Of a stretch of DNA of 64,000 bases, positions 26,328 through 36,225 are shown in pieces (the stretch's first letter is position 1; every line of letters begins with the position of its first letter). The notes below the pieces were generated by a model. The model made no database searches. It saw nothing but the letters and a program-made list of their open reading frames with translations, and was not told where the DNA came from. A program made the translations under genes and the position numbers. Source of the DNA: a virus (taxonomy: Duplodnaviria; Caudoviricetes); the IMG/VR virus record IMGVR_UViG_3300049928_000004, positions 7,045-71,044 of that record. One strand, 5' to 3'.

Positions 26328-27977
26328 TCAGCCCTCCTTCTTGTTCAGGTAGGCGGTGACGAAGTCGGCAGTGCCGGCATCCATCGCGGTGGCGGTCTTG
26401 GCGACCAGGGTCTTGGCGGGATCGCCCTTGGCGAGCAGGAAGCCGGAGAGCATCGCGGCCTCTTGGCCCTTCGGTGCGGACAGGCCGAACTTCTTGACGC
26501 CGTAGGCGGCGACGCCCGCTTCGTCCATGTCCGAGTGGTCGAACGTTCCGACATGCGCGGCGAGTTGCTTGGCGAGGGTGTCGCGACGCTTCAGCGACGC
26601 CGCGTTGCTCTTAATGGCGTCGGCCACGAGCTTGGAGACTTCCGCCGAGTCCATCGCGTTCGGGTGCTTGGCGATGTCGTCGGCCTTGAGGTCGGCGTCC
26701 TTGGCCTCGGCCTTCTTCTTGGCCTCTTCCTCTTCCTCGGCGTCCTCGGCAGCCTTCTTCTTGGCGGCCTCTTCCTCTTCGGCGTCCGCGGCTTCCTTGG
26801 CCTTCTTCTTGGACTCGTCGTCGTCCGGATCGCCAGCCTCGTCCATCACGGCGCGGAGCGCGATCAGGTGTGCCTTGCGCGCCTCGGGGGTTGCGGTCTT
26901 CAGGGTCGCGAGTGCGGCGTCCAGCGCGGAGCCGCCCCCGCTCTTGTCTTCAGCCATGGGTGGCTCCTTGGTGTCAGTGGTGGTGGATTGATCGATCGAG
27001 TCCAGGACTGCAACGTCCGGCCCCATGCGCCCTGAATGAACAAGCGCCAAGTGATTGCCGCGAATCGTTCGCTGGATGCAGTCGTAGGCCTGACCCTGGA
27101 ACGTTCCCGGGGTGAAGTCATAGACACAGCGATAGCCGCACGACAATTCCCGCTTCCCGGCTTCGATCAGTCCGGCCATGGATTGGGAGAAAACTTTGAG
27201 ATTTCCGTAGAGGGTTCCGTCCTCGAAGAAGACGTCCTCGCCGATCACGCCCTGGATGCCCTTGCGCTCGGCGGGCATCAGGCCGTCTTCCTCAGCGCCC
27301 AACATCACGTGGTTGTCGATCCACGGGATCAGGCAGAACGAGGCGATGCACTCGGGATCGGAGAGCTCTTCGGCTGGGCGGTACACGCGGTAGCGCTTGT
27401 CGGGGTTCTCGGCGTCGCCAACCTGGCGGCCGGAGTAATCGAAGATGCCGACCTTCGACAGCGGGTTGCGGGAGATTTCCGCCCAGCCGTTGGTGTCGAT
27501 CTCGCGCGCAGACTCTTTGTCCATCGCGAAGGCGCCATCAATGCCGTCCATGGCGACGCTGTCCATGACGGCCGGCAGCGGTGCGGTACGCTCTTGCGTC
27601 TTGGCCCAGGCCATCGCGACTTGCTCAGCGACAGCCGGGTGCAATGGCGCGGGCAGGCTGTCGATGTTCGCCCACATGTAGCCGTCGTGTTCTTCGTTGA
27701 GCGTCGGCGAGAAGACATCGCCTTGGCACAGGTACAGGCAGAACGAGCCGTCGTCCGCGAGGAGATCCATCGCGCTCGGCACGTGGTTGGTCTCTTCGAC
27801 CGATTCGCGCACCGCGGCTTGAGCAGCCGACTCTCCCTCTTCGATGCCACCGGCCGGGAATCCCCAGGTCGACGGGTTCGAGCGCGCGGACGCCGAGCGC
27901 ATCAGGAGCAGCACGCGGTCTCCCGTCAGGTAGACGATGCCGGCAGCCGTGGCGGTCTGGATGGGTTCAGGGGTCAT
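26328..27977 (-). CDS. Nudix domain fused to DUF2213 prohead protease/scaffold
   Basis: Nudix box [20 protein letters not shown]; DUF2213 motifs NPLSKVG and ELSCGYRC...GNHLALV; acidic scaffold tail. Confidence 0.85.
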   Translation of the reverse strand: MTPEPIQTATAAGIVYLTGDRVLLLMRSASARSNPSTWGFPAGGIEEGESAAQAAVRESVEETNHVPSAMDLLADDGSFCLYLCQGDVFSPTLNEEHDGYMWANIDSLPAPLHPAVAEQVAMAWAKTQERTAPLPAVMDSVAMDGIDGAFAMDKESAREIDTNGWAEISRNPLSKVGIFDYSGRQVGDAENPDKRYRVYRPAEELSDPECIASFCLIPWIDNHVMLGAEEDGLMPAERKGIQGVIGEDVFFEDGTLYGNLKVFSQSMAGLIEAGKRELSCGYRCVYDFTPGTFQGQAYDCIQRTIRGNHLALVHSGRMGPDVAVLDSIDQSTTTDTKEPPMAEDKSGGGSALDAALATLKTATPEARKAHLIALRAVMDEAGDPDDDESKKKAKEAADAEEEEAAKKKAAEDAEEEEEAKKKAEAKDADLKADDIAKHPNAMDSAEVSKLVADAIKSNAASLKRRDTLAKQLAAHVGTFDHSDMDEAGVAAYGVKKFGLSAPKGQEAAMLSGFLLAKGDPAKTLVAKTATAMDAGTADFVTAYLNKKEG

Positions 27978-28040
27978 GGCTGCGGATAGAAAGCCCGCCG
28001 AAGCGGGAAAGGCCTCAGCGGGGGAGCTGAGGTCATGTGT

Positions 28041-28286
28041 CTAGTCGTTGACGATCTGGTCAACAGGGTTCGGCGCGAGCAGTTCATCCGCCCATGCGTT
28101 CTCGCAGTGGTCGGGGTCGATTAGAGCCAGCAGCGCGCAGAGGAATCCACAGGCCTTGCACTTGCCGTCGAGGATGTCGTGGCCCATGCGCGCCGAAAGC
28201 GTCATGCGGGGATCACCGCCTGCCAGCGTATTTGCAGCCTGGGAGAGCAGGCACAGCCAGTTGGAGATGTACTGGCGTGCTTGCAT
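28041..28286 (-). CDS. Hypothetical protein
   Basis: ANTLAGGDP..TLSARMG...DPDHC motif; in operon. Confidence 0.6.
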   Translation of the reverse strand: MQARQYISNWLCLLSQAANTLAGGDPRMTLSARMGHDILDGKCKACGFLCALLALIDPDHCENAWADELLAPNPVDQIVND

Positions 28287-28295
28287 GGGCGTCTT

Positions 28296-29183
28296 TCAGT
28301 CGTCGGAGAAGTCCAGGATCGGGCGCATGCGGCAGCGGCATAACGGCAGATCGCCTGGCTTGCCGTAGACCGCCTCGCCGTACATCTCGCCGATATAGGG
28401 CGGATCGTCGAGGCTGCAGACCTTGCCGTTGAGGGCGATGTGCACTTGGCGCGGTTCGCGAGATCCAGACGTGTGGATCCACTCATAGGTCTTCACGCCG
28501 ATCGCGCTCATGCGCCCTGCGTTCACGCCGTTATAGGCCTTGCGCGTCTGATCAATCGCCACGTTGCGTGCGTGCCGGACGTTGCCCTGGTACTGCTTTT
28601 CCAGGAACGGCACAAGGTCTTGCAAGCCGTTGCCCGTCGTGATCGACCGCGAGACCGCGCCTTGAACCTTGGTCAGGTACTGCGCCGGGATCAACTTGAT
28701 CAGGCTTACCGCCTCGGTCGTGCTGGCGCTGATGATCTCCAGCAGCGCTGGGCTCATCTTCGCAGCGTCGAGCTGGATGGCCGCGCTCATCTGGCGCAGA
28801 CTCATGCCGAGCGTGACGCCGGAATTCTTGACCGTGCGGTCCATCATCCGCTTGGTCGCCTTCTTGGCCCAGCGGTTGAACAGCGGCTCGTACTTGTCCA
28901 TGATCGCGTTGAGCGCGACGCGAGACTTGGCGCTGATGCTGGCTGGCAGGTCGTCGACTTCGTCCAGTGCATGCGGCGCGGCCAGTTCGGGCCGGGCCTC
29001 TCCGGAGAACACCGCCTGCAGGGCCTTCTTCGTTTCGTCGCACATGCGGCGAATCAGCGTGAGGATGACCGCCGTGTATTCCTGCTCGATCGCTGCGTTC
29101 GGGCTCAGGACGGAGCCGCGCTGGGCGTCAGGCCCGGGCTTGCGCGTCTTCGGCGGGGTCATCGTCTTCGAGATCAGCCTCAA
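28296..29183 (-). CDS. Minor head protein (Mu gpF/SPP1 gp7-like)
   Basis: VAIDQTRKA, YEWIH...R..H and PG...LCRC motifs. Confidence 0.85.
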   Translation of the reverse strand: MRLISKTMTPPKTRKPGPDAQRGSVLSPNAAIEQEYTAVILTLIRRMCDETKKALQAVFSGEARPELAAPHALDEVDDLPASISAKSRVALNAIMDKYEPLFNRWAKKATKRMMDRTVKNSGVTLGMSLRQMSAAIQLDAAKMSPALLEIISASTTEAVSLIKLIPAQYLTKVQGAVSRSITTGNGLQDLVPFLEKQYQGNVRHARNVAIDQTRKAYNGVNAGRMSAIGVKTYEWIHTSGSREPRQVHIALNGKVCSLDDPPYIGEMYGEAVYGKPGDLPLCRCRMRPILDFSDD

Positions 29184-30660
29184 GCTCCGGGTCCGGCGGC
29201 GGCGTTAGCTCGAGCGCGGCATAGCCGCTGGCCGGGTCACGCTTCAGGCGCTCCTGCTCGTTCTCGCTCGAGATCGCGCCAGACTGGATCAGGGCCGCGC
29301 CGGTCTGGGCCTTCACGAGGTTCATGTCGGCCTGCTCCTTGGCCGTTGGCGTGTCGAGCGGGCGCCATTCGACCGTGGTCTCGACGTCCTTCAGTTCCGG
29401 AACCTCGGAGCGGATCACCAGGAGGTGGTGGCGCTCGATGAACGGCGTCAGGTCGTGGGCCTGGATGCTCTCCAGTTCCTCGTGATAGCTCGCCTCTTCG
29501 TACTCGCCGGTGGAATTGAAGCCCTTCGGTACGGTGCCCAGGAGCTTCGTCGAGGGCATGTTCGCCGCGGCGGCGACGATCTGGTACTGCGTCATGATGA
29601 CGTTGTCCAGATCAGCGAGGCTGGTGTCGAACTGGGCGAATTCGTCGCCGCTCTTGTCGCCCATCTTCACCGCGTAGTTGTCGCGGTACGCAACCCAGTC
29701 GTTCATGCGCTGAATGCCCTCATCTCCGAGGGCGGCGAATTGCGCCATGTCAGTGAGCCAGACGGTCGTGCGCTTCGTCTGCACGAGTTGCGGCGCCTCG
29801 TTGGCAGTGCGCTCTGCGCCGTAGACCCGCTCCATGATCCGCTGGGGCAGTGGGACGCCTCCGTACATGTACTGCGGCTTCAGCATGTCCGGAAGGTCGC
29901 CGTTGCGGAAGATGATCAGGTGCGAGCGGTGGTACTTGCGCCCGCTGATCAACCAGAAGGTCGGCTCGTAGAAGTGCTGCGAGTCGGGCATGGACGATGA
30001 GCCCATGTCCAACTGCGGCGACGTCCAATACGGGTCGACCTGGACGATGCCCTTGTACGAGCCTGGCGTGATGCCGTCAGGATTGAAGGGCTGCTCGTAG
30101 TAGAGCGGATCCGTGCTTTCGACCTTGAACAGCGCGATCCGGATCCCGAAGATCCGGCCCATGCGAACGAACTGCTCGAGGTTCCAATTCAGCCGCATCC
30201 GGCGGTCAGCCTTGTGGATCTGCTTGAGCGCCTTCGGGTCGATGTCGTCGCCGTCCACGTTGACGACGTCGAAGCCCTGGCGAATCGCGTCGCGCGCAGG
30301 CACGGTGCAGGCCTTGTCGATCAGCCAGTGCTGCGCCAGGATCGCGGCGAGTTGGTAGCCGATAAACGTCTGCGAGGCGTACCACATCGCCAGGACTTCT
30401 GGGATGTTCATCGCCGCAGCTTGCATCTTCAGGGCGATACCGCCGCCGCCCATGTCGTCCATGGCATGGTCAGCGGTGGCTAACTTCGGGAGCTTGCCGA
30501 GGATCGTGGCGAGTGTGCTCTGGACGAAGTCCGCGGCGGCGCCCTTTGGGCGCGGGCCGTCGTTGGCGTGCGTGCTCCAGAAAGAGCCTGACTCGCGCGG
30601 GTGGGCGGCAGCTTTCGGCGCCGGCGCGCGGTCTCCGAAGATCCACGAGAGCATGCCCAT
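29128..30660 (-). CDS. Portal protein (DUF1073-like)
   Basis: Directly after terL; QHWLIDKAC..PA.DAIR and PSTKLLGTVPKGFNSTGE motifs. Confidence 0.85.
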   Translation of the reverse strand: MGMLSWIFGDRAPAPKAAAHPRESGSFWSTHANDGPRPKGAAADFVQSTLATILGKLPKLATADHAMDDMGGGGIALKMQAAAMNIPEVLAMWYASQTFIGYQLAAILAQHWLIDKACTVPARDAIRQGFDVVNVDGDDIDPKALKQIHKADRRMRLNWNLEQFVRMGRIFGIRIALFKVESTDPLYYEQPFNPDGITPGSYKGIVQVDPYWTSPQLDMGSSSMPDSQHFYEPTFWLISGRKYHRSHLIIFRNGDLPDMLKPQYMYGGVPLPQRIMERVYGAERTANEAPQLVQTKRTTVWLTDMAQFAALGDEGIQRMNDWVAYRDNYAVKMGDKSGDEFAQFDTSLADLDNVIMTQYQIVAAAANMPSTKLLGTVPKGFNSTGEYEEASYHEELESIQAHDLTPFIERHHLLVIRSEVPELKDVETTVEWRPLDTPTAKEQADMNLVKAQTGAALIQSGAISSENEQERLKRDPASGYAALELTPPPDPELEADLEDDDPAEDAQARA

Positions 30661-32030
30661 TACCCGAAGAAACTCGTCTTCTTCATCACGCTCGGCAGGA
30701 ACGCCATGATGAAGGCATCGCCGATGTTCGGGGACGCAATGCCGCGCTTGGCGAGATCCTTCTTGCTCTCGACCTTGACCCGCTGCGCGAGGTCGTAGTC
30801 GCGGAGAGGGGTGGAGAGTTCGTCCATGAGTTGGTCCAGGTTCGGCATCGATCCATCGATGAAGATCATTTCGTCATCGGGGAATTTCTGGCCGTGTCGC
30901 ACAGCGTTGTAGGTGTTGCGCAGCCGATCGGCCACCAACCACCACGCCTGCGCCTTGATGTTCGAGAAAAAGTCCTTGTTCAGAACCTCTGTGCCCGTGT
31001 ACTTGGAGTCAGGCTTGAAGACCGAGCCGCCCGCGAAGAACTTGGAATGCTCCACCCTCGGGCCGGTGGTGACTGCGTTCAGTTCGTTGAACTTTGCGCC
31101 GGCGCCTGCCCCGACGCCAATCGCGTCATAGACGATGGCCGAGCCGCCAGCCTGCGCAGCCATGTACACGCGAGTGCACGACTTGAGCAGTTCGTTCTCA
31201 CCGCCCTTCCACATCTCACTGGAGGTGGCGAGAGGGCCATGCGCGTCGACCGTTGCGCAGAAGTCTTCGCCGGCATCCGCGACGTCGAAGCCCTTCCGCT
31301 TGGCGCCGCGAATCTCGATGCCCAGCGTCTTGTGAGCATCGATCGCAGCCATGAGCCAAGCGCGCTGGATGACAGACTTCGCATCGTCCAGCTTCGGCTC
31401 ACCCATGTAGATGTGCCGGAACTCGTCCTCGTCTTCTGCTTTGGCGCCCTCAATGACCTTGAGGATCGTTGAGCTGAGAAATGGGTTCTCGGTGTAGTTG
31501 ATCAGCCGCGAGACCGTGTCAGGCGGCGGCTTGCGTACGAAGCGCTGGTAGGTGAAGTCCGTCGCGAGGCGAGGATTGAAGATGATCCAGTGCTGCGACC
31601 CCTCCTTGCGGAGCGTGGGGTCGATGATCTTCCACTGATCCTCGGTGAGCAGATGAGCCTCTTCGGCCCAGTGAACGTCGATGCCTTCTAGCGACTTGAT
31701 TTCGCTGACATGGCGCCACAGGCCGTAGAAAACGAACTCACTGCCCGTCGACCTGCAAATGATCTTGTTGTCGAGGATCTTGAACTGCTTCTGCAGCCCA
31801 AAGCGCTCGATCTGCACCTTCAGCAGCGTGTAGACCGATTCCTCGATCTTGTTTTGGAACTGCCGGGTACACAGGAATCGCAGGCGCATGCGCTGCGTCA
31901 GAAAGATCGCGAAGCCTGCGGCATCCCAACTCTTCGAAGACGACCGGCCGCCGTAGAGAACTCGGATGCGCGCCGGCGTCAGCCAGAAATCACGAAGAGC
32001 CGGGTTGAGGCTCGGAGCGGGTTCCTGCAT
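30660..32030 (-). CDS. terL: Terminase large subunit (PBSX-type)
   Basis: Walker A GGRSSSKS, Walker B WAEEAH, nuclease motifs GFDVAD and SPNIGDA. Confidence 0.95.
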   Translation of the reverse strand: MQEPAPSLNPALRDFWLTPARIRVLYGGRSSSKSWDAAGFAIFLTQRMRLRFLCTRQFQNKIEESVYTLLKVQIERFGLQKQFKILDNKIICRSTGSEFVFYGLWRHVSEIKSLEGIDVHWAEEAHLLTEDQWKIIDPTLRKEGSQHWIIFNPRLATDFTYQRFVRKPPPDTVSRLINYTENPFLSSTILKVIEGAKAEDEDEFRHIYMGEPKLDDAKSVIQRAWLMAAIDAHKTLGIEIRGAKRKGFDVADAGEDFCATVDAHGPLATSSEMWKGGENELLKSCTRVYMAAQAGGSAIVYDAIGVGAGAGAKFNELNAVTTGPRVEHSKFFAGGSVFKPDSKYTGTEVLNKDFFSNIKAQAWWLVADRLRNTYNAVRHGQKFPDDEMIFIDGSMPNLDQLMDELSTPLRDYDLAQRVKVESKKDLAKRGIASPNIGDAFIMAFLPSVMKKTSFFG

Positions 32031-32460
32031 AGAAGTCCGCCAGGCTCATCGGCGTCATGACCGGAGCGCCGTCTGCGCCGGTGACCTCGCGGCGGTTGGT
32101 GAAGGTGCCGCCGGTTTCCTTGGCGGCCTGCTCGACGAGCTGGGCGGCCAATGCGGTGTTGCCTTGGCCTTCGACCTTGACGAGAAGGCGGTTCAGGGTG
32201 CGCAGGCGGTAGGCCTGGCTCGCAATGGGAATCGTGCTGACATCCGCAAGGAATGCCTTGCGAGTCTCGTCAAAGATGGCCTTGAGCTTCTTTCCGAGCC
32301 CGCGTCCGCCAATGCGTGTCGGGTCGTATTCATGCACCCGGCGGCGGTCAACGTCGATGCCGAACTCTTCCCGGACGGCGATGCTGACCTGCGTTGGCGT
32401 GTCGTAACAGGCCAGCGCCTGAACGATGAAGAGCTTTTGCGGCTCGGTCAGTGATGCCAT
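31990..32460 (-). CDS. terS: Terminase small subunit (DUF2280-like)
   Basis: FIVQALACYDTP.QV and EQAAKETGGTFTN motifs. Confidence 0.8.
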   Translation of the reverse strand: MASLTEPQKLFIVQALACYDTPTQVSIAVREEFGIDVDRRRVHEYDPTRIGGRGLGKKLKAIFDETRKAFLADVSTIPIASQAYRLRTLNRLLVKVEGQGNTALAAQLVEQAAKETGGTFTNRREVTGADGAPVMTPMSLADFYAGTRSEPQPGSS

Positions 32461-32491
32461 ATTGTGAAATCCTGTCCGGGTTGAGTCCGGT

Positions 32492-33148
32492 TCAGGCAAC
32501 CTTCAGCATGCAGGTGCCACAAGCGCCGGCCAGTGCGGCGCGGGAGACCTGGGCTGGTGAGTTCGCGGCCCTGACCATGCGCGCGACTGAACTGTCTTGG
32601 TCTCCGACGCCGTAGCGCCGAACGACTCCGACGAATTCCTCGACGTCGTGGCCCTGGATTCCGACCTTCGGCTTTCCGTCCCGTGTGAACATGGGCGCGC
32701 CGTAGGGGTCTTGCTTGTGGGCAAGGTGGTAGAGCTCGTGCTCCACCAGCGCGCACCACTCGGTGTCTGAGCACTCTCGCGCGAACCTACCATCGAGGGT
32801 GATGAGGAAGCCGGGGACGCGGCCGAACCACTGCCCCATCTGCAACTCCTGCCGTCCACGCTGCCATGCGTTGCACCGGAACGCGACCTCTTCGGCGGTT
32901 CCGATGACTTGGCGCATCTTGCTAGTAAATCCGCCGTCAGCCCACAAGACGCAGACATCAGCATCGGCCAGGTGCCCATGGTCTGGGTTGTGGATGGGCC
33001 CGTCGACCGCGATGATGTTGCGCAGGATCCAGTCCCACACATCCAGTCCCGGGGCGAAACTCACTGCCGGCCCAAGTTCAGCGGGCGGCGCAGGCCGCTC
33101 GGGCACTTCTGGCGCGCTGGGAAGTTGGTCTGTCCTGAGTCGAGCCAT
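32492..33148 (-). CDS. Phage putative metallopeptidase
   Basis: LVEHELYH and HDVEEFVGVVRRYG motifs. Confidence 0.8.
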   Translation of the reverse strand: MARLRTDQLPSAPEVPERPAPPAELGPAVSFAPGLDVWDWILRNIIAVDGPIHNPDHGHLADADVCVLWADGGFTSKMRQVIGTAEEVAFRCNAWQRGRQELQMGQWFGRVPGFLITLDGRFARECSDTEWCALVEHELYHLAHKQDPYGAPMFTRDGKPKVGIQGHDVEEFVGVVRRYGVGDQDSSVARMVRAANSPAQVSRAALAGACGTCMLKVA

Positions 33149-33266
33149 GGGTTTTTGCTCAGTCGGTGCGCCGATTGCTCCCTCGCGCTCGCGAGGGTAG
33201 GGTGAATCAAGGCGCGTGGAGCGTCTGTTCTACTGTCGCGCTGTCAATCAACGCAAGGGGAGAGAG

Positions 33267-33947
33267 ATGAGACGCAACCTATTGGCGGCGGGAGCCGCGG
33301 CATTGATGCTGATCTCAGGGGGCGCAGGGGCGGCGGCCTGGTCGCAAGGCTCGATTGGCGAGGTGAGCGTCGACCAACTCGGCTCCGGGGCCAACTTCGG
33401 GTATTTCACCTTCGGCCAGGATCTCGAGCCAGGTCAGAGTTACAGCCAGACGTTCAGCTACTCGTTCACCCTGCACAACGACGGCTTGGAGTTCCCGTAT
33501 GGCGTCACCCGCTCGTGGAACGCGGGCTGTTCACCGTTCGGTAACTTCGGCCCCCAATGCCCGCCGGCCTTCACGGGGTACGAGCAGGTTCAGTTCAATT
33601 TTGGCTACGACGAGAGTCAGTACGGCAGCGCAGGTTTTGCCTACACCGTGACCGGCTCGCCGCCCATCTCTGTCAGCTTGGCGGCGGGGCAGGCCGTGAC
33701 GCTGCAGGGATCGTTTGAGATCACCGAAACTAATATCTCGACTGACCCACTGCGGCCCTATGGCCCCTTTGGACCGGCCAGCGTCTTGCAGGTCTACTTC
33801 TCGGAGTGGGTGGACTCCGTAGATTCTTCAGCGCCATCCGCCTCGCTCGTTCCGGAAGCCGATGGGGGCGTCCAGTGGCTGACCGGAGCGGCCATCCTTG
33901 TTGCGGCGCTGCGCCGGCGGCTCAGTTCCGCTGCCACAAGACGTTGA
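33267..33947 (+). CDS. Secreted PEP-CTERM-like protein (moron)
   Basis: Signal peptide (AGA cleavage); C-terminal VPEA + hydrophobic helix + RRR; opposite strand to the late operon. Confidence 0.65.
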   Translation: MRRNLLAAGAAALMLISGGAGAAAWSQGSIGEVSVDQLGSGANFGYFTFGQDLEPGQSYSQTFSYSFTLHNDGLEFPYGVTRSWNAGCSPFGNFGPQCPPAFTGYEQVQFNFGYDESQYGSAGFAYTVTGSPPISVSLAAGQAVTLQGSFEITETNISTDPLRPYGPFGPASVLQVYFSEWVDSVDSSAPSASLVPEADGGVQWLTGAAILVAALRRRLSSAATRR

Positions 33948-36213
33948 GCAGGCCGATGCCGCCTCCGCCGGTGCGCTGCGGGTTTGTCAGGCGAATCGTG
34001 TGAATGCCTGCCGTGAGCGTCACCGTAACCGGATCGAGCACAGGCAGCGCATCGCCGGGGCCGGCGGTGAACCAGCCGCTGTTGGCCGCTCGCACCGTAG
34101 ACGTTCCGATGCTCGTTCCGTTGCCGCTCACAGTGGGGTCGACGAACAGTTGGATCGTGCTGGCCAGCCCCGCCGCGCCCTTCACCGTCAGCGTGTAGCT
34201 GCCTGCGATGTCCACGGGGAGGTCGACGTCCACGTAGTTGGGCGGCGTGTCGTACCAGCCCAGCAGCCCGTTGAACGTGGCAATTCGAGAGTCGGCGGCC
34301 TGGTAGTAGCCCACCAAATCGAGGGTTCCCGATGCACCAGACCCATGAACGTTGGCGTAGTTGATCGCCTTGTTCTTGTAAGCCAGCAGGGCCACGTACT
34401 TCGGCGATGTCGTGTCCGCGTAAGTCTTCAACGCGGCGTAGGTGAGATCCGCCGCGGGACTGCCGTTGAAGTAGACGAAATTCTCGCAGCCGTTGGAGTG
34501 CCACTTATCCAGTAGCGCCGTCAACACCGTGCCCGCGCGAGGATCTGTCATGAACGCATCCACCAGACCGCTCTGCTCGCCCTGCTCGAAGCCGCCCTCG
34601 TAGGCCATCGGCTTGATGCGCAGCTTCCGACATTGGTAGCTGTGCCCACGAGCGTAGCCGTCCATCGTCGTATTGATGGTCGTCGTCAGCTGAGTCACCA
34701 AAGCATCCACCGTCGATGGGCCGGACGTCGGAGTCGCGTAGAAACCCACCGCAGCGCCGTACAGCCAGCTGCTTGCCACGCCGCCGCCAAGGTAGGCGGC
34801 GTATGCGTACTCGATCTGGCTGCTCGTGTTACCTCCGGGCCCCTCGCCACCATAAAGCTGCGTGTCCAGGTAGAAGCGGTCTTGTGGTCGGACAGCGTGC
34901 CACAGCTGGTAGTCCTGGTACAAACGACGCGTGTACCACTTGCCGCCAGCATGGTAGGCATCGGGCAGCACGCCATCGGCGATGAGCGTCGATGCGAGGT
35001 TGAAGATGACGCCGAACTGACCACTCCCGGCGGTTCCGGTGCTCGGGATGGTGAACGTGCTGGCACCCGTCTTCGTGGCAGTCACCGGTGATGCGAAGGT
35101 GCCGATGTTGAAGCCGCCGACGTTGCCCACCACGACACAGGGCGCCGTCGTTGTCAGGAATGCACCGGCGGGGGAGGATGTGATGGGGGTGGTTGTCGTG
35201 AAGGTGAGCTTCGTGCCGTCCGAGGTGACAGACGAAATCTGCAGCACACTGCCGCTCCCGCTGTAGTTGTCGAGGTAGCTGAGTTCGGTGAGTGCGTTGA
35301 TCCGGTACGTGGCCCAGCAGATGAAGGCGCTATTCCACTGCTCGTTGGCCCGCTGGATGTGCAGATTTATGGACGACGACAGACCCAGCGACGTGAGCAA
35401 CGACGCGAGGGTGCTCACGTAGGTGTCGTCGCAATAGGGCGGGATGTTGAGGAAAACGTTCTTGACCTTGGAGCCAGGGTACGCAACGCAGGCATTGACG
35501 AATAGGACGAACTTCTGCCACGAGTTTGGCTTCGCGTAGGCGGACAGCGCCCAGTCGGGTGGTGCTGTGCTCCATGTCGTGTCAGCGCGGCCCTCGCCGC
35601 CCGCGCCGTTGGTGTAGAGGAAGTCCATCAGGCGCAAGCACGACTGCTGCGAGTAGTGCGCCAGGGGCACGTCCGCGAAAACGGGCAGGCCAGCCATACT
35701 CGTTGCACCGTTGCGTGCGAGCGATGGATATGCCGACATGTTGCCGCTGAAGTTCACGGCGCCCGCACCCACAACACCCGACACGATCTGCACTGGGTAA
35801 CGGATCGTCACGCCGTCGCCTTGAGCGACACCCGTGCCGAGCACGATGGCGCCGGGCGCTCCCGCACTGGAGACTGAGGCCGTCACGGTCTGTCCCACGC
35901 TAGGCACGTTGAGCCAGTAGTTACCGGGAGGCACGTTCGACAGACCTGACGCGCTCTGCGTCACGAAAACCAACGTAGCAGGAACAGTCGGCAAGCCGTT
36001 CGCGTCCAGCGTGGGTGCGCCGGGGCCGCCTGTGTTGAGCGCCGTGAAGCCGCCCGAGTCCAGCAACACGTTGTTGTGCAGGTAGTCGTACAGATAGAAG
36101 GCAGGCGCGCTAACCCCGAAGCCCAGCAGGCCCAGGCTGCCGATCGTCGGCGTGAGTGCAGCCATCGCGGCACGTGCGATGCCATTCAATTGGGGACGAG
36201 TGAAGGTCGACAA
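33922..36213 (-). CDS. Putative glycoside hydrolase-like protein with C-terminal carbohydrate-binding-like domain
   Basis: LRLMDF..TN, FLNIP and ANEQWN motifs resemble an uncharacterised GH-like family; C-terminal beta-sandwich (AGSYTLTV, LTAGIHTIRL). Confidence 0.55.
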   Translation of the reverse strand: MSTFTRPQLNGIARAAMAALTPTIGSLGLLGFGVSAPAFYLYDYLHNNVLLDSGGFTALNTGGPGAPTLDANGLPTVPATLVFVTQSASGLSNVPPGNYWLNVPSVGQTVTASVSSAGAPGAIVLGTGVAQGDGVTIRYPVQIVSGVVGAGAVNFSGNMSAYPSLARNGATSMAGLPVFADVPLAHYSQQSCLRLMDFLYTNGAGGEGRADTTWSTAPPDWALSAYAKPNSWQKFVLFVNACVAYPGSKVKNVFLNIPPYCDDTYVSTLASLLTSLGLSSSINLHIQRANEQWNSAFICWATYRINALTELSYLDNYSGSGSVLQISSVTSDGTKLTFTTTTPITSSPAGAFLTTTAPCVVVGNVGGFNIGTFASPVTATKTGASTFTIPSTGTAGSGQFGVIFNLASTLIADGVLPDAYHAGGKWYTRRLYQDYQLWHAVRPQDRFYLDTQLYGGEGPGGNTSSQIEYAYAAYLGGGVASSWLYGAAVGFYATPTSGPSTVDALVTQLTTTINTTMDGYARGHSYQCRKLRIKPMAYEGGFEQGEQSGLVDAFMTDPRAGTVLTALLDKWHSNGCENFVYFNGSPAADLTYAALKTYADTTSPKYVALLAYKNKAINYANVHGSGASGTLDLVGYYQAADSRIATFNGLLGWYDTPPNYVDVDLPVDIAGSYTLTVKGAAGLASTIQLFVDPTVSGNGTSIGTSTVRAANSGWFTAGPGDALPVLDPVTVTLTAGIHTIRLTNPQRTGGGGIGLLNVLWQRN

Positions 36214-36225
36214 GTGCTTCTCTCG

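Noticed and set aside
29128-30660. Anti-CBASS Acb1 label that is sometimes attached to DUF1073 proteins
   Set aside because: Size (510 aa) and position between terL and the minor head gene indicate the portal.
35425-35436. YCDD as a reverse transcriptase YxDD motif (would be the DGR RT)
   Set aside because: It lies in a Gly/Thr-rich glycoside-hydrolase-like protein with no other RT motifs. No RT or template repeat was recognised anywhere in the window.
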